Below, piece after piece: positions 10,644 through 21,242 of a stretch of DNA of 64,000 nucleotides. The number at the start of each line of letters is the position of its first letter. Position 1 is the first letter of the stretch. Below the pieces are notes generated by a model that saw only the letters and a list, made by a program, of their open reading frames with translations, made no database searches and was not told the origin of the DNA. The position numbers were made by a program, and so were the translations under genes. Location: contig WLXD01000003.1 of NCBI GenBank assembly GCA_012103255.1, positions 141,984 through 205,983 of the forward strand, written 5' to 3'. Origin of the DNA: Acidobacteriota bacterium. Lineage in GTDB: Bacteria; Acidobacteriota; UBA890; WLXD01.

Positions 10644-11831
10644 CTAGTACTGCGGCCAGCGCACCTCGACCGGCTCGGCGCGCTCGTTGCTCGAACGCAG
10701 GCTCAGCCTGGCGTGCGTGGAAACGAAGAACCAGACGATTTCGCCGACCTTCGGAACCCAGCTGGTCAGCGGGCCATTACCCACGTGCGGGCCGATCGCC
10801 CGGTGGGTGCCGCCCGACTTGGCGGCCTCGATGCCTTTGCAGACCTGACCTGGACGAAGCCACTCCCACGTACCAGCGTGGAGCTTGCCGTCCACAAACG
10901 CGACGATCCAGGGGTTGCCCTCGACGCCGTCACGAACGGGCCAGGCACCGGCCTTCGTGTGGAACACGCAGATCAGGTTACGCGTGATCGTGACCTTGGT
11001 CATCGTCGACGTCACGCGATAGGTGGAGATATCGCGCGCAGCGTTGCCTGCGATGATCGCGCGACTCAGATCCACCGTACCCCCGGCTTCGGTCACCTCG
11101 ACACGCAGGGTTCGCGAACTCTTGGTCTGGCCAAAGACCGTGGTAAAGGTCGCCTTCACCTTGAACGTCCCTTCGGCCGTATAGGTATGGCTACGCGTGA
11201 CCTCGCGCGCGAAATCCTCGACGGTATCGGTGGTGCCATCGCCCCAATCGATCGTGAGCGTTCCCTTGGCCGCGCGAGCCTCACGCGCGAACACCATGAA
11301 CCTGTACTTGGAAGCCTCGTCCAGGGCCGCGGAGTCATCCGCGATCACCTCGAAGTAGTACTTCAACGACTTGTCTACCCGAACACGGGCACGGCCGCGG
11401 GCCAGGGTTGTGTCGCCATCTACCAGGTCGAAGTTCATCTGGTACGAACCAGGGCTCTTCCACGTGTGCTTCACCACAGCGCGACGGTCGAAGTTCATCT
11501 TCTGCGTCTTGCCGTCGCCGAAGTCCATCACGAGCTTGGCGTCACGAATCAGGATGCCTTCACCGTCAACAGCAGTGACCTTGAAGGTCGTCTCACGCTT
11601 GGCGCGGACGTTGTCTTCCTTGCCCTGCAAGAGGATGGTGACGGCGCCGAGCACGGACGCTGCGGAGAACTCCGGGCCTCGCTCGGTGATGTCCTCCATC
11701 GGACGGTTCAGCGGAAAGTCGTCAACGTCGTGCGGCAGTTGTTCCTGCGCAATCGAACCAAGCGCCGGAGCCAAGAGGACTGCGGCCAGAACCATGTAGA
11801 CCAGTCGCGAAAAGAATCGATCTTCGGGCAT
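10644..11831 (-). CDS. Secreted protein with two PKD-like domains and an uncharacterised Trp-rich C-terminal domain
   Basis: Signal peptide; MDFGDG...HTWKSPGSY and IDWGDG...HTYTAEGTFKV PKD signatures. Confidence 0.75.
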   Translation of the reverse strand: MPEDRFFSRLVYMVLAAVLLAPALGSIAQEQLPHDVDDFPLNRPMEDITERGPEFSAASVLGAVTILLQGKEDNVRAKRETTFKVTAVDGEGILIRDAKLVMDFGDGKTQKMNFDRRAVVKHTWKSPGSYQMNFDLVDGDTTLARGRARVRVDKSLKYYFEVIADDSAALDEASKYRFMVFAREARAAKGTLTIDWGDGTTDTVEDFAREVTRSHTYTAEGTFKVKATFTTVFGQTKSSRTLRVEVTEAGGTVDLSRAIIAGNAARDISTYRVTSTMTKVTITRNLICVFHTKAGAWPVRDGVEGNPWIVAFVDGKLHAGTWEWLRPGQVCKGIEAAKSGGTHRAIGPHVGNGPLTSWVPKVGEIVWFFVSTHARLSLRSSNERAEPVEVRWPQY

Positions 11832-12044
11832 CGAGTAAATCTCTCAGGCTTTGGGTTATTGCCCCAAATGAAAAGGGGGCACTCGGACCACGGCTTGTCA
11901 GACGCGGAAATCCTCCGCGGTTTGCTCCCATGGTGGTGCAGTGAGTTTTTCGGACTCGCCCCTTAATCCAGACACTGATGATTCTAGAGAGCCTGTCCGG
12001 TTGTTGCAATGCACGGAACGTTGCGAACGTGCTCCAGCTCGGGT

Positions 12045-14990
12045 CTATTGCGACGGCTCTGAGGTCGTGCCGCCGTCCCAGTTTTCGGGCAGCAGCGAGA
12101 TCTGAACGTAGTTGTCGAGGTCGAAGTAGCGGCCCGCGGTGCGTTGGACGCCCTCAGGCGTAATCTCGAGAAGCGACGCCTCGTACTCGAGGATCTCGAG
12201 TGGATCGTCGCCTCGCTCGTAGGCGCTGACCAGTTGGCCAAGCCAGAAGCCGTTCTCCTCAAGCGACAGTTCGTACGAGCGACGGAAGCTCTCCGTCACA
12301 GCGTCGATCTCGCTTTGCTCGGGCGCTGCTGCCCGTAGCTTCTCGATCTCCGCAAAGACCTGCGCGGTGAGTTCCTCGACGCGATCCGGATCCGATCCGA
12401 AAGTAATCGATACCGAGTACAGGGGGTGCGGACGGTCTACCAACGAAGCCGACACCTGCGCTCCGTAGGTGCCCGCGAGGTCTTCCCGAAGCACCTCGCG
12501 CAGTCGGGTCTGCAGCACCTCGCCCATCGCGGACAACGACTCGCTTTCGGTGTCGACGTCCTCGCCAGGACCGTCGCCGCTGAAAACGATGGTCGTGAGG
12601 CTCTTGGGCTCCACGCCGCGATTCACGGTTTTCTTGATAACGCCGCGCGGCGTGCGAATGCCTTCATCAACCCAGGTCTCTTCGCGACCACCGCCGGGCA
12701 AACTGGCCAGATAGCGCTCGACCATGGGACGCAGCTCACCGAGATCGACATTGCCGACGATCACGAAGGTGAAGTCACTCACGTCTCCGAAGCGGTCGAC
12801 GTAGAAGAGATACGACTTCTCCAGATCCATCTCGTCGAGCAGATCAACGGTGAGTGGCTGCCGTCGCGGGTGGTCCTGGGTAAGCGTGCGCTGCACCGTC
12901 TCCTGGAAAGCTGCTTCCGGACTCACATCGCGGTTGGCGAGCCCAACGGTCATGCGCTCGCGGATGAGGTCGAAAACAGTTTCGTCGGCGCGCGGTTCGG
13001 TGATCGTGATGTAGGCGAGCTGGAACATCTGCTCGAGATCGCGCGGAGCTGCGGTGCCGATGAGCCCTTCACCAAGCGGCCCGATCAGAGGGCGCACACT
13101 GGCGACCTTGTCTGAGAGAAGGTTTGTGATCTCGCGCTGACTGAATCCGCCGAATCCGCTCGACGACACCACCTGCACGGCGCTCGAGGCTGCAACGTAG
13201 TCGTCGTCCGGGGCGAGCGAGGAGCCACCCGGGCTGATCGCGCGGAACAACACCTGCTCCTGGCGGAAGTCGGTGGGCTTGATCACCACGCGGGCGCCGT
13301 TCGAGAGCACCCACTCGGTGACCCCCAGTTCGGGGATCTCGCTTTCCTCGACAATGCTGCCGGGTTCCGGGTCGACGGACACCAGCGGCCGATTGACCGT
13401 CGTGTCGATGTAGGGTCGCAGCCAGGCGTCGTCTTCCAGCTCCATCGCCGCGAGCAGTTCCGCTTCCGTCGGCTGCTGCAAATCCGCCCGATCGGGCATC
13501 GTGACCAATACGACGCGGTCGTCGTCCAGCAGCCAGTCCTGTCCGACCTGGTTCACCTCGTCGAGCTCGATGCCCGGCATGAAGCGCTGGTACAGCCCCC
13601 ACTCGTAGTCAATTCCGGGGGTCGACTCGCCCTCCAGGAAAGCGCGCGTGAACTCCTCGGCGAAGTTGCGCGAGTCCTGCACTTCCTGCTCGGTGTACAG
13701 GTTTTCGAAGAGCCGCATGAGCTGGTTCTTCTCGCGTGCGAGCTCGGACTCGGTGAAACCAAAGCGAGCAACCCGCTCCAGCTCAGCGAAGATGGCGCGC
13801 AACCCGGCGGCAACCTCACCATCGGCAACGGCCGCGCCCATCACGAACGCTTCGGAACTGGGTACGAAGATGTCCTGACTTGCACCTGCGCCGAGGAACG
13901 GCGGGTTGGGTGCCTGCGCCTGCTCCGCCAGTCGGCGGTTGAACATGCGCATAAACACGCCCTCGATGATGCTGCGACGATAAGAGCCGTGATACGCCTG
14001 GCGACGCAACGGCTGGTATTGGTAGAACTCCACCGTCGACATCGTCGCTTCGGGGTCCGTCACGATCGAGAACCGCGTTCCCTCGCGCTCTTCGATCTGC
14101 TCGTAGACGCGCGGGCGCGCATCATCGGGCCCGGACTCGATCCGGCCGAAATGCTCGCGAATCTTGCCCTCGATCACATCGCCGTCGAAATCGCCGACTG
14201 CGATCACCGCCATCAACTCGGGGCGGTACCACTCTTCGTAAAACCGGCGTGCCGCACCGTGGTCGAATTCGCGCAACACGTCGATGTCGCCAATCGGCAG
14301 CCGCTCTGAATAGCGCGACCCCTCGAAGAGCACCGGCAGCTGCTGATCGCGCACACGCGAACCCGCGCCGAGGCCAAGGCGCCACTCCTCGATCACAACA
14401 CCGCGTTCCTTGTCGATCTCCTCGCCGTCCAGGGTCACGTTGTGGGCCCAGTCTTCGAGAATCTGGAACGCCGAATCCACGATGTCTTCGCGATCCGTTG
14501 GAATCACGAGGAAGTAGTTCGTGTTGTCGAACCCCGTGGAGGCGTTGACGTGCGCGCCGAAGCGCATGCCGAAGGATTCGAGCAGGGTCACGAGCTCTTG
14601 CTTCGGATAGTTCTTGGTACCGTTGAACGCCATGTGCTCGACGAAGTGCGCCAGTCCGAGCTGATCCCGGTCCTCCTGCATCGAACCCGCACGCACCACA
14701 AGCCACAGCTCGGCGCGCTTCGCCGGGTAGCTGTTTTCGCGGATCCAAAATCGCAGTCCGTTGTCGAGCTCCCCGACACGGATGCGGGGATCCACAGGCA
14801 TGTCCGCATCGAGCGGCGCCGTGGCGGCAGCCGCCGAGTCTGAGATCACCCGCAAGCGCTCGATCGGTTGGGGCCCCTGCGCAAACGCGGCGGCCGGAAC
14901 GAACAGGGTTGCCACCACGACCACAGACGTCAAACGAGTTCGCTTCAATTTCGGTCCTTGCGGTCGGGAGAAGGTCTCAGGTGTTTCCAT
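12045..14990 (-). CDS. pqqL: M16 family zinc protease (PqqL-like insulinase)
   Basis: GELDNGL, GLAHFVEHMAFNGT (HxxEH), NASTGFD, ERGVVIEEWR, RLPIG, second half LSNGARV. Confidence 0.9.
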   Translation of the reverse strand: METPETFSRPQGPKLKRTRLTSVVVVATLFVPAAAFAQGPQPIERLRVISDSAAAATAPLDADMPVDPRIRVGELDNGLRFWIRENSYPAKRAELWLVVRAGSMQEDRDQLGLAHFVEHMAFNGTKNYPKQELVTLLESFGMRFGAHVNASTGFDNTNYFLVIPTDREDIVDSAFQILEDWAHNVTLDGEEIDKERGVVIEEWRLGLGAGSRVRDQQLPVLFEGSRYSERLPIGDIDVLREFDHGAARRFYEEWYRPELMAVIAVGDFDGDVIEGKIREHFGRIESGPDDARPRVYEQIEEREGTRFSIVTDPEATMSTVEFYQYQPLRRQAYHGSYRRSIIEGVFMRMFNRRLAEQAQAPNPPFLGAGASQDIFVPSSEAFVMGAAVADGEVAAGLRAIFAELERVARFGFTESELAREKNQLMRLFENLYTEQEVQDSRNFAEEFTRAFLEGESTPGIDYEWGLYQRFMPGIELDEVNQVGQDWLLDDDRVVLVTMPDRADLQQPTEAELLAAMELEDDAWLRPYIDTTVNRPLVSVDPEPGSIVEESEIPELGVTEWVLSNGARVVIKPTDFRQEQVLFRAISPGGSSLAPDDDYVAASSAVQVVSSSGFGGFSQREITNLLSDKVASVRPLIGPLGEGLIGTAAPRDLEQMFQLAYITITEPRADETVFDLIRERMTVGLANRDVSPEAAFQETVQRTLTQDHPRRQPLTVDLLDEMDLEKSYLFYVDRFGDVSDFTFVIVGNVDLGELRPMVERYLASLPGGGREETWVDEGIRTPRGVIKKTVNRGVEPKSLTTIVFSGDGPGEDVDTESESLSAMGEVLQTRLREVLREDLAGTYGAQVSASLVDRPHPLYSVSITFGSDPDRVEELTAQVFAEIEKLRAAAPEQSEIDAVTESFRRSYELSLEENGFWLGQLVSAYERGDDPLEILEYEASLLEITPEGVQRTAGRYFDLDNYVQISLLPENWDGGTTSEPSQ

Positions 14991-15192
14991 GATCGAATAC
15001 TGGCTCGCGTGGGTCTAGGCGTAATCGATCATGTGCGCGACGACGCCGGAGCGCTTGAATTTTCGACTGACAACGTCACGCCCGGTGCGTTAACTTTCAA
15101 TTGGCTGTTTGTAGCAACGGTGGTACCCGTGAATCGGGGCGAGATCCGGTCACCATCGCGCGCTTTCCAGATCAATCTAACCGGATACCACT

Positions 15193-16509
15193 GTGCACTT
15201 CCGTACCCCGCTCCTCGTGCGCGTACTCGCTCTGTTTCTCATCGTCGTCGCCTGGACACCCAGTGCTACTGGGCAGGAGTCCGACGCACTCGAGGCGAAC
15301 GGCGCCTTGCGCGTCTTCCTGGATTGCGACCGCGGATGCGACCGGGACTTCATCCGGCAGAACATCGACTTCATCAACTGGGTTCGAGACCGCCGCGACG
15401 CCCAGGTGCACCTGCTAGTAACTCGGCAAGGCACTGGCGGCGGCACCGAGTTCCAGCTCGAGTTCATCGGAACCGAAGACTTCGAAGGGCAGGATCAGAC
15501 TCTGCTGTTTGCCAGCAGCAGCACAGACACCGACGATGAGCGGCGGCGAGGGTTCGCGAGGACCATTCGCCTTGGGCTGGCGCGATACATCGCCCAGACG
15601 CCCATGGCCATCTACGCCGATCTCGAGTTCACGCCGCCGCGCGACGAAAACGGCGACACGGTTATCGCGGCAACGCCCGAGTCGGACCCGTGGAACTTCT
15701 GGGTCTTCTCCGTTGGCCTCAACGGGAATTTCCGCGGCGAAGATCGCTTCAGCGGCGAAGAGTTTGAAGCCGAGGTCGACGCGAGCCGCACGACGGAAGC
15801 CTGGAAGATCCGGCTCGACTCTGAGATGGAGTACGAACAGCGCGACTTCGAGTTCGATGATGGCTCGGTGTTCAAGGACATCTCCCGCAGCTTCGAAACG
15901 GGCGGCCAGGCGATCAAGTCATTGGGCGATCACTGGGGTGCCGGACTTGGCGCCAGCGTGAAGGAGTCGACCTTCTTCAACCTTGCGCCCTCGTACCGGC
16001 TCGCCGGCGCCGTCGAATACAACATCTACCCGTACTCGGTGTCGTCTCAGCGTCAGCTCACCTTCACGTACTTTCTCGGCGGGAATCGCTTCAACTACGA
16101 CGAAGAGACCATCTTCAACAAGACCGAGGAAACGCTCATCGATCAGGGGCTCATCGCCTCACTCGATGTCGAACGTCCGTGGGGCTCGGCCAACATCAAC
16201 CTCGAGGCCACTCATTTCCTGCAGCACCCCGAGGACTACAACATCGACCTCAACGGCCGCGTTGAGTACCGCGTGCTACGCGGACTGAACCTGAACGTCT
16301 TCGGCAGCGTGAGTTCGATCAAGAGCCAGCGCTTCTTGCCCATCGGCGGCGCCTCCGATGAGGAAGTCCTCCTCGAGCGGCGAGCGCTTGCCACCGACTT
16401 CCGGTTCCGGGTTGGCCTTGGCATTCGATACACGTTCGGGTCGATCTACAACAACGTGGTCAACTCGCGCCTCGGTGGGCGGCGCGGCGGATTCCACGAG
16501 ATCTTCTAG
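15193..16509 (+). CDS. Probable outer-membrane protein (VFLDC..CD N-domain + beta-barrel)
   Basis: Signal peptide; DPWNFWVF; amphipathic strands; YTFGSIYNNVVN near the C-terminus. Confidence 0.7.
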   Translation: MHFRTPLLVRVLALFLIVVAWTPSATGQESDALEANGALRVFLDCDRGCDRDFIRQNIDFINWVRDRRDAQVHLLVTRQGTGGGTEFQLEFIGTEDFEGQDQTLLFASSSTDTDDERRRGFARTIRLGLARYIAQTPMAIYADLEFTPPRDENGDTVIAATPESDPWNFWVFSVGLNGNFRGEDRFSGEEFEAEVDASRTTEAWKIRLDSEMEYEQRDFEFDDGSVFKDISRSFETGGQAIKSLGDHWGAGLGASVKESTFFNLAPSYRLAGAVEYNIYPYSVSSQRQLTFTYFLGGNRFNYDEETIFNKTEETLIDQGLIASLDVERPWGSANINLEATHFLQHPEDYNIDLNGRVEYRVLRGLNLNVFGSVSSIKSQRFLPIGGASDEEVLLERRALATDFRFRVGLGIRYTFGSIYNNVVNSRLGGRRGGFHEIF

Positions 16510-16571
16510 CCACTCCGTGAAAGATCGCGGCGGGTCTGCGATGATTCGGCCTCCTATTCCCCATAGGCCGG

Positions 16572-17900
16572 ATGATGCACCTACGTCCCAGATTCTTCGT
16601 GGCCGGCACCCTTGCCCTCCTCGCGGCAACGGCCGGCGCTCGTGCCTTCGATGTTTCCGCCGTCCCGTCCTCCCGCGCAGGGACGTCTGACGACGTCGAG
16701 ATGATCGCCGTTGCGGGCGAAGCATCGTCATATTGGTCGCGCTGGCGCGGCCCTTCCGGACAGGGCTTCGTCGAGGGCGACGGCTACGCTGACACCTGGT
16801 CCGAAACCGAGAATGTGCGCTGGCGAACGCCCGTCCCCGGCGCCGGCAACTCATCGCCCATTATCTGGGGCGATCAGATCTTCGTCACTGCGGCATTCGA
16901 TGGCGGCCGCCAGGTTGCGGTGCTGAGCTACGGCCGGGACGATGGTGCGCTGCTATGGCGCACCGACGTGCCCCAACCCAGTGTGCCGGAGAGTCCGCAC
17001 GGTAAGAACGGGCACGCGTCCAGCACTCCGTCGACCGACGGCGAGTTGGTTTACGCGTATATGGGCAATCACGGCCTCGTCGCGGTGAACTTCGCAGGTG
17101 AGATCGTCTGGCACCGCGAGTTCGGTCAGATCCTCGCATCGCACGGCACCGCCGGATCTCCGCTGCTGCACGACGGCAAGGTGATCGTTTACCAGGATAT
17201 GCGCGGCGGCACCGATGTCGGCTCGTTTGTGGCGGCATTCGACGCCGCAACGGGCGAGACCGCCTGGTGGACGGACCGCGAAGAGAACACCGGCTGGGGC
17301 ACGCCTGTTGCGATTCGGGTCGGCGATCGCGAAGAACTCATCGTTAGCAGTCAGCGCAAGGTCTACGCCTACAACCCCGCCGACGGCTCCGAGCTCTGGC
17401 AGGTTGACGGCAACCTCTTCGAGGTGATCCCGACGCCGGTTGTCGGCCATGGCCTGGTCTTCGCCTCGTCCGGCCGTGCCGGCCCTACGCTCGCAATCCG
17501 CCCCGGCGGAACAGGCAACGTCACCGAGACGCACGTCGCTTGGAGTAGCCCGAAAGGCTCCCCGTTCGTGCCCTCGGGGCTGCTGCACGGCGACTACCTC
17601 TACCTGATCAACGACATGAGCTCGGTGCTTACCGTCTACCGCGCTTCCACCGGCAACGTCATGTACCAGCAACGGCTCGGCCGCGCTCAGCGCGAGAGCT
17701 TCTCAGCTTCGCCCGTGGTGATCGGCGACAAGATCTTCGTCACCAACGATGGCGGAGACACATTCGTGATTGGCGCCGGTCCTGAAGAGAATCTGCTCCA
17801 CGTCAACCGCATGGGCGAACGCACGCTCGCCTCGCCCGCGCTGGTAGACGGCACCTGGTATATCCGCACCGCCGAGGCCCTCTACGCCATCGGCGACTGA
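16572..17900 (+). CDS. PQQ-like/BamB-type beta-propeller protein
   Basis: WSRWRGP, WRTPVPGAGNSSPI, ASSTPSTDG, SASPV repeats. Confidence 0.85.
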   Translation: MMHLRPRFFVAGTLALLAATAGARAFDVSAVPSSRAGTSDDVEMIAVAGEASSYWSRWRGPSGQGFVEGDGYADTWSETENVRWRTPVPGAGNSSPIIWGDQIFVTAAFDGGRQVAVLSYGRDDGALLWRTDVPQPSVPESPHGKNGHASSTPSTDGELVYAYMGNHGLVAVNFAGEIVWHREFGQILASHGTAGSPLLHDGKVIVYQDMRGGTDVGSFVAAFDAATGETAWWTDREENTGWGTPVAIRVGDREELIVSSQRKVYAYNPADGSELWQVDGNLFEVIPTPVVGHGLVFASSGRAGPTLAIRPGGTGNVTETHVAWSSPKGSPFVPSGLLHGDYLYLINDMSSVLTVYRASTGNVMYQQRLGRAQRESFSASPVVIGDKIFVTNDGGDTFVIGAGPEENLLHVNRMGERTLASPALVDGTWYIRTAEALYAIGD

Positions 17901-17928
17901 AGTCCCTTTCTCGCAACGGAATCGCCGC

Positions 17929-20900
17929 ATGCGCCACGCCCGCCGCTCCCTCGTCGTCACGCTGCTGACCCTCCTCGCGAGCCCGGCAGCGACCGCACAG
18001 AAGAAAGGACTGTCGCTGGAGGCGACGCGAACGATCGCCTTCACGACCTCCGAAGGCACATACATGAACGTCGACGTCTCGCCTGACGGCTCGACGCTCG
18101 TGTTCGATCTGCTCGGCGACCTGTACACACTGCCGGCGGCCGGCGGCCAGGCCGTTCGACTCACCTCGGGCCTGGCGCACGACACCCAGCCTACGTTCTC
18201 TCCGGACGGCACCCGGGTCGCGTTCATCTCCGACCGGTCGGGTAGCGACAACCTCTGGGTCCTCGATCTGACTGATGAAGCCGCCAAACCCGAAGCGATC
18301 AGTACCGAGCGTGCCAAGGTGGTCAGCACCCCCGAGTGGGACCCGGACGGCGAATACCTCCTGGCACGGCGTTCGGGAGACTTGTGGCTCTACCACGTTG
18401 ACGGTGGCTCGGGCCTGCAGCTTTCGGACAGCGACCGCGTGCGCGGCATCACCGGCCCAACGTTCGGGCCTGAGGGCCGCTACATCTACTTCGCGGCGAG
18501 CGGCGGCGGGTTCCCGTCGGGTCTGGCGCGAGTGAACGGTTGGCAGGCGCGACGGCTCGACCGGGTGACCGGTGACGTCGTGTCGATCACCGCTTCGCCC
18601 AACGGGGCGTACCGCCCCCGCGTTTCACCCGATGGGCACTGGATGGTCTACGGCGCTCGCGTCGATGCCCAGACGGGGTTGCGAATCCGCGATTTGCGGT
18701 CGAGCCGCGAACGCTGGCTTGCGTTCCCCATCGACCGGGACAACGCCGAGCGACCTGGCGTTCTCGATCTCATGCCGCGTTGGGACTTCACGCCGGACAG
18801 CGCGGCAGTTGTGCTGGCCACGGGAGGCACCTTCCATCGCATCGCCCTCGAGGATGGCGCCGACACCACGATCGCGTTCAGCGCCGACGTCGAGATCGAC
18901 CTCGGCCCGTTCGTGTTCTTCGAATCACCGCACGATGACGGTCCGGTCCACGTGCGCAACGTGCGCTACGCAGGCGCGAACGCTGACTCCGATCGGATCG
19001 TGTTCTCGGCTCTGTCGAAGCTGTGGACGATGGCGCTCCCCGACGGCACGCCTGCTGAACTGGTGCACCAGCCATTTGGGCAGTTCCAACCTGTGTTCTC
19101 GAACGACGGCGCCTGGATCGCGTATGTGACTTGGGACGATGTCGACGGCGGACATCTCTGGAAGGTTCCCTCGAGCGGCGGTAACCCCGTGCGCCTCACC
19201 GAACATGCAGGTTTCTACCTGCACCCAGCCTGGTCGCCGGACGACAGCAAGCTTGCCCTCGTGCGCGAAGACGCCGCCGTGTTCCGCAACATCTGGTCGC
19301 GCAACACAGGCGAGATCGTCTGGCTGCCGGCCACCGGCGATGGTCTGTCGATCGTTGGCTCCGCGCCCTCTGACAACCGTCTGACCTTCAGCGCCGAAGG
19401 CGATCGCATTCGCTTCGTAGCGAGCGTCGCCTCCGGGGCTTTCGATGGCAGTCGGCCTGCCCGCTCCGAACTCGTGTCAGTTCGCCTCGATGGAACCGAC
19501 CGGCGCGTCGTGGCCAACATCAACGCGGAGACATGGGAAGCCGTGCCCTCGCCCGATGGGCAATGGCTGGCATGGACGACGCGCGAAGACGTCTACGTAG
19601 CGGCTCTGCCGTTCTCGCCCGAGCCGCCGAGCATTGGCGAGTCGAGTGGCCCTGGGCCCGTGAAGCGTGTCACCCGTGAGGGCGGCCTCGATATCCACTG
19701 GGAGGACGGTTCCGACACGCTGGCCTGGGTGTTCGGAGACACCTACTACCGTTTCGGACTCGAAGACGCGCTGTGGGAGGCGGAGCCTGAAGAAGACGAC
19801 GCCGACGATGGTGCTCCAGATGGCGACGCCTCCGACGACGGCGCCACGACCGACGCCACCGTCGGCGATGACGCCGATTCGACGGGAACCGACGCTGACA
19901 TCGATGCCGTGGACGAAGAACCCGAGGGTCCGCAGCCCACCGAGTTTGTCGTCAACCTCGATGTGGATCGTCGGATCCCGAGGGGCGCCAAGGCCATCGT
20001 CGGCGCGACGGTCGTGCCGATGACCGGCGCAGAGGCGACCATCCCTGACGGCGTGGTGCTCATCGAAGACAACCGCATCACCGCGGTCGGCTCGCGCGAC
20101 GAGGTCACGATTCCCGATGGCACGGAGATCTTCGACGCTTCCGGCAAGTTCGTGATTCCCGGTCTGATCGATCTCCACGCTCACCTCCGGCAACCGCGTG
20201 AAGTGTTCGTCCAGACCAACTGGTCATACCTCGCTAACCTCGCGTATGGCGTCACCTCGGCTCGCGACGTGTCAACGAGCAGCGACTCGTTTGCCTATGC
20301 CGAACTCGTGGAGACTGGCGCCGTGTGGGGTCCGCGCATCTACAGCACCGGTCGCGCCATGACGTCAGGCAACGCCAAGATCGACAGTCTCGAGGACGCG
20401 CGGGCGATGCTCCGGCACTACAAGAAGCTCGGCACCGACGTGGTGAAGCAGTACATGCAGCCGCACCGTCGCCAGCGGCAATGGGTCATCCAGGCCGCGA
20501 TGGAAGAAGAGATGAACGTCACCAACGAAGGCGGTGGTGATCTGCGCCTCAACATCACGCAGATCCTCGACGGCTACACCGGACTCGAGCACAGCTTGCC
20601 GATCGCCGACGTTTACGACGACGTGGTGCAACTGATCGCCCAGTCGCAGACCTGGTACACGCCCACTCTGGTGGTCTCCTACGGCGGCCCCACCGCGGAG
20701 TGGTACTTCTACCAGACCACCGAAGTTCACGACGATCCGAAGTTGTCGCGGTTCACGCCCCACGATGACCTCGACCGCCGCACGCGTCGCGGGCAGATGA
20801 ACGCGCTCGACGAGTACCATTTCATCGCCGTCGCAGAGGGCGCCGCCAGGGTCTTGCAAGCTGGTGGAAACGTCGGCATGGGCGCTCACGGCGAACAGCA

Positions 20901-21231
20901 AGGGATCTGCGCGCACTGGGAGATCTGGGCGCTGCAGATGGGCGGCCTCACGAACTACGACGCCCTGCGCACCGCCACATCAATCGCCGCTGATGGCCTC
21001 GGCCGCGCCGCCGATCTGGGCACCATCGAGGTCGGCAAGCTCGCCGATCTGGTGGTGCTCGACGCCAACCCGCTGGCCGACATCCGCAACACAAACACCG
21101 TGCGGCTGGTCATCAAGAACGGCGACGTCCACGACGGCGACACGCTCGCCCGCCTGGGCAACGATGCCGCGGAACGCCCGTCGATTGGCTATCGCGCCAC
21201 CGGTGCGCCCCCCGAAACCGACCGGCGATAG
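17929..21231 (+). CDS. Secreted PD40-propeller + amidohydrolase fusion protein
   Basis: EGTYMNVDVSPDG, PD40 repeats, PGLIDLHAH, GAHGEQQG, GTIEVGKLADLVVLDANPL. Confidence 0.9.
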   Translation: MRHARRSLVVTLLTLLASPAATAQKKGLSLEATRTIAFTTSEGTYMNVDVSPDGSTLVFDLLGDLYTLPAAGGQAVRLTSGLAHDTQPTFSPDGTRVAFISDRSGSDNLWVLDLTDEAAKPEAISTERAKVVSTPEWDPDGEYLLARRSGDLWLYHVDGGSGLQLSDSDRVRGITGPTFGPEGRYIYFAASGGGFPSGLARVNGWQARRLDRVTGDVVSITASPNGAYRPRVSPDGHWMVYGARVDAQTGLRIRDLRSSRERWLAFPIDRDNAERPGVLDLMPRWDFTPDSAAVVLATGGTFHRIALEDGADTTIAFSADVEIDLGPFVFFESPHDDGPVHVRNVRYAGANADSDRIVFSALSKLWTMALPDGTPAELVHQPFGQFQPVFSNDGAWIAYVTWDDVDGGHLWKVPSSGGNPVRLTEHAGFYLHPAWSPDDSKLALVREDAAVFRNIWSRNTGEIVWLPATGDGLSIVGSAPSDNRLTFSAEGDRIRFVASVASGAFDGSRPARSELVSVRLDGTDRRVVANINAETWEAVPSPDGQWLAWTTREDVYVAALPFSPEPPSIGESSGPGPVKRVTREGGLDIHWEDGSDTLAWVFGDTYYRFGLEDALWEAEPEEDDADDGAPDGDASDDGATTDATVGDDADSTGTDADIDAVDEEPEGPQPTEFVVNLDVDRRIPRGAKAIVGATVVPMTGAEATIPDGVVLIEDNRITAVGSRDEVTIPDGTEIFDASGKFVIPGLIDLHAHLRQPREVFVQTNWSYLANLAYGVTSARDVSTSSDSFAYAELVETGAVWGPRIYSTGRAMTSGNAKIDSLEDARAMLRHYKKLGTDVVKQYMQPHRRQRQWVIQAAMEEEMNVTNEGGGDLRLNITQILDGYTGLEHSLPIADVYDDVVQLIAQSQTWYTPTLVVSYGGPTAEWYFYQTTEVHDDPKLSRFTPHDDLDRRTRRGQMNALDEYHFIAVAEGAARVLQAGGNVGMGAHGEQQGICAHWEIWALQMGGLTNYDALRTATSIAADGLGRAADLGTIEVGKLADLVVLDANPLADIRNTNTVRLVIKNGDVHDGDTLARLGNDAAERPSIGYRATGAPPETDRR

Positions 21232-21242
21232 ACGCGGCCGGG

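Noticed and set aside
11885-11965. Cyclic-di-GMP-I riboswitch (GCAAAC-like motif)
   Set aside because: The GNRA-capped P2 and the downstream GCAAAG/receptor arrangement are not properly present
19775-19935. GACGAC/GACGCC-rich repetitive DNA
   Set aside because: It encodes an Asp-rich low-complexity linker within the amidohydrolase, not an independent repeat element
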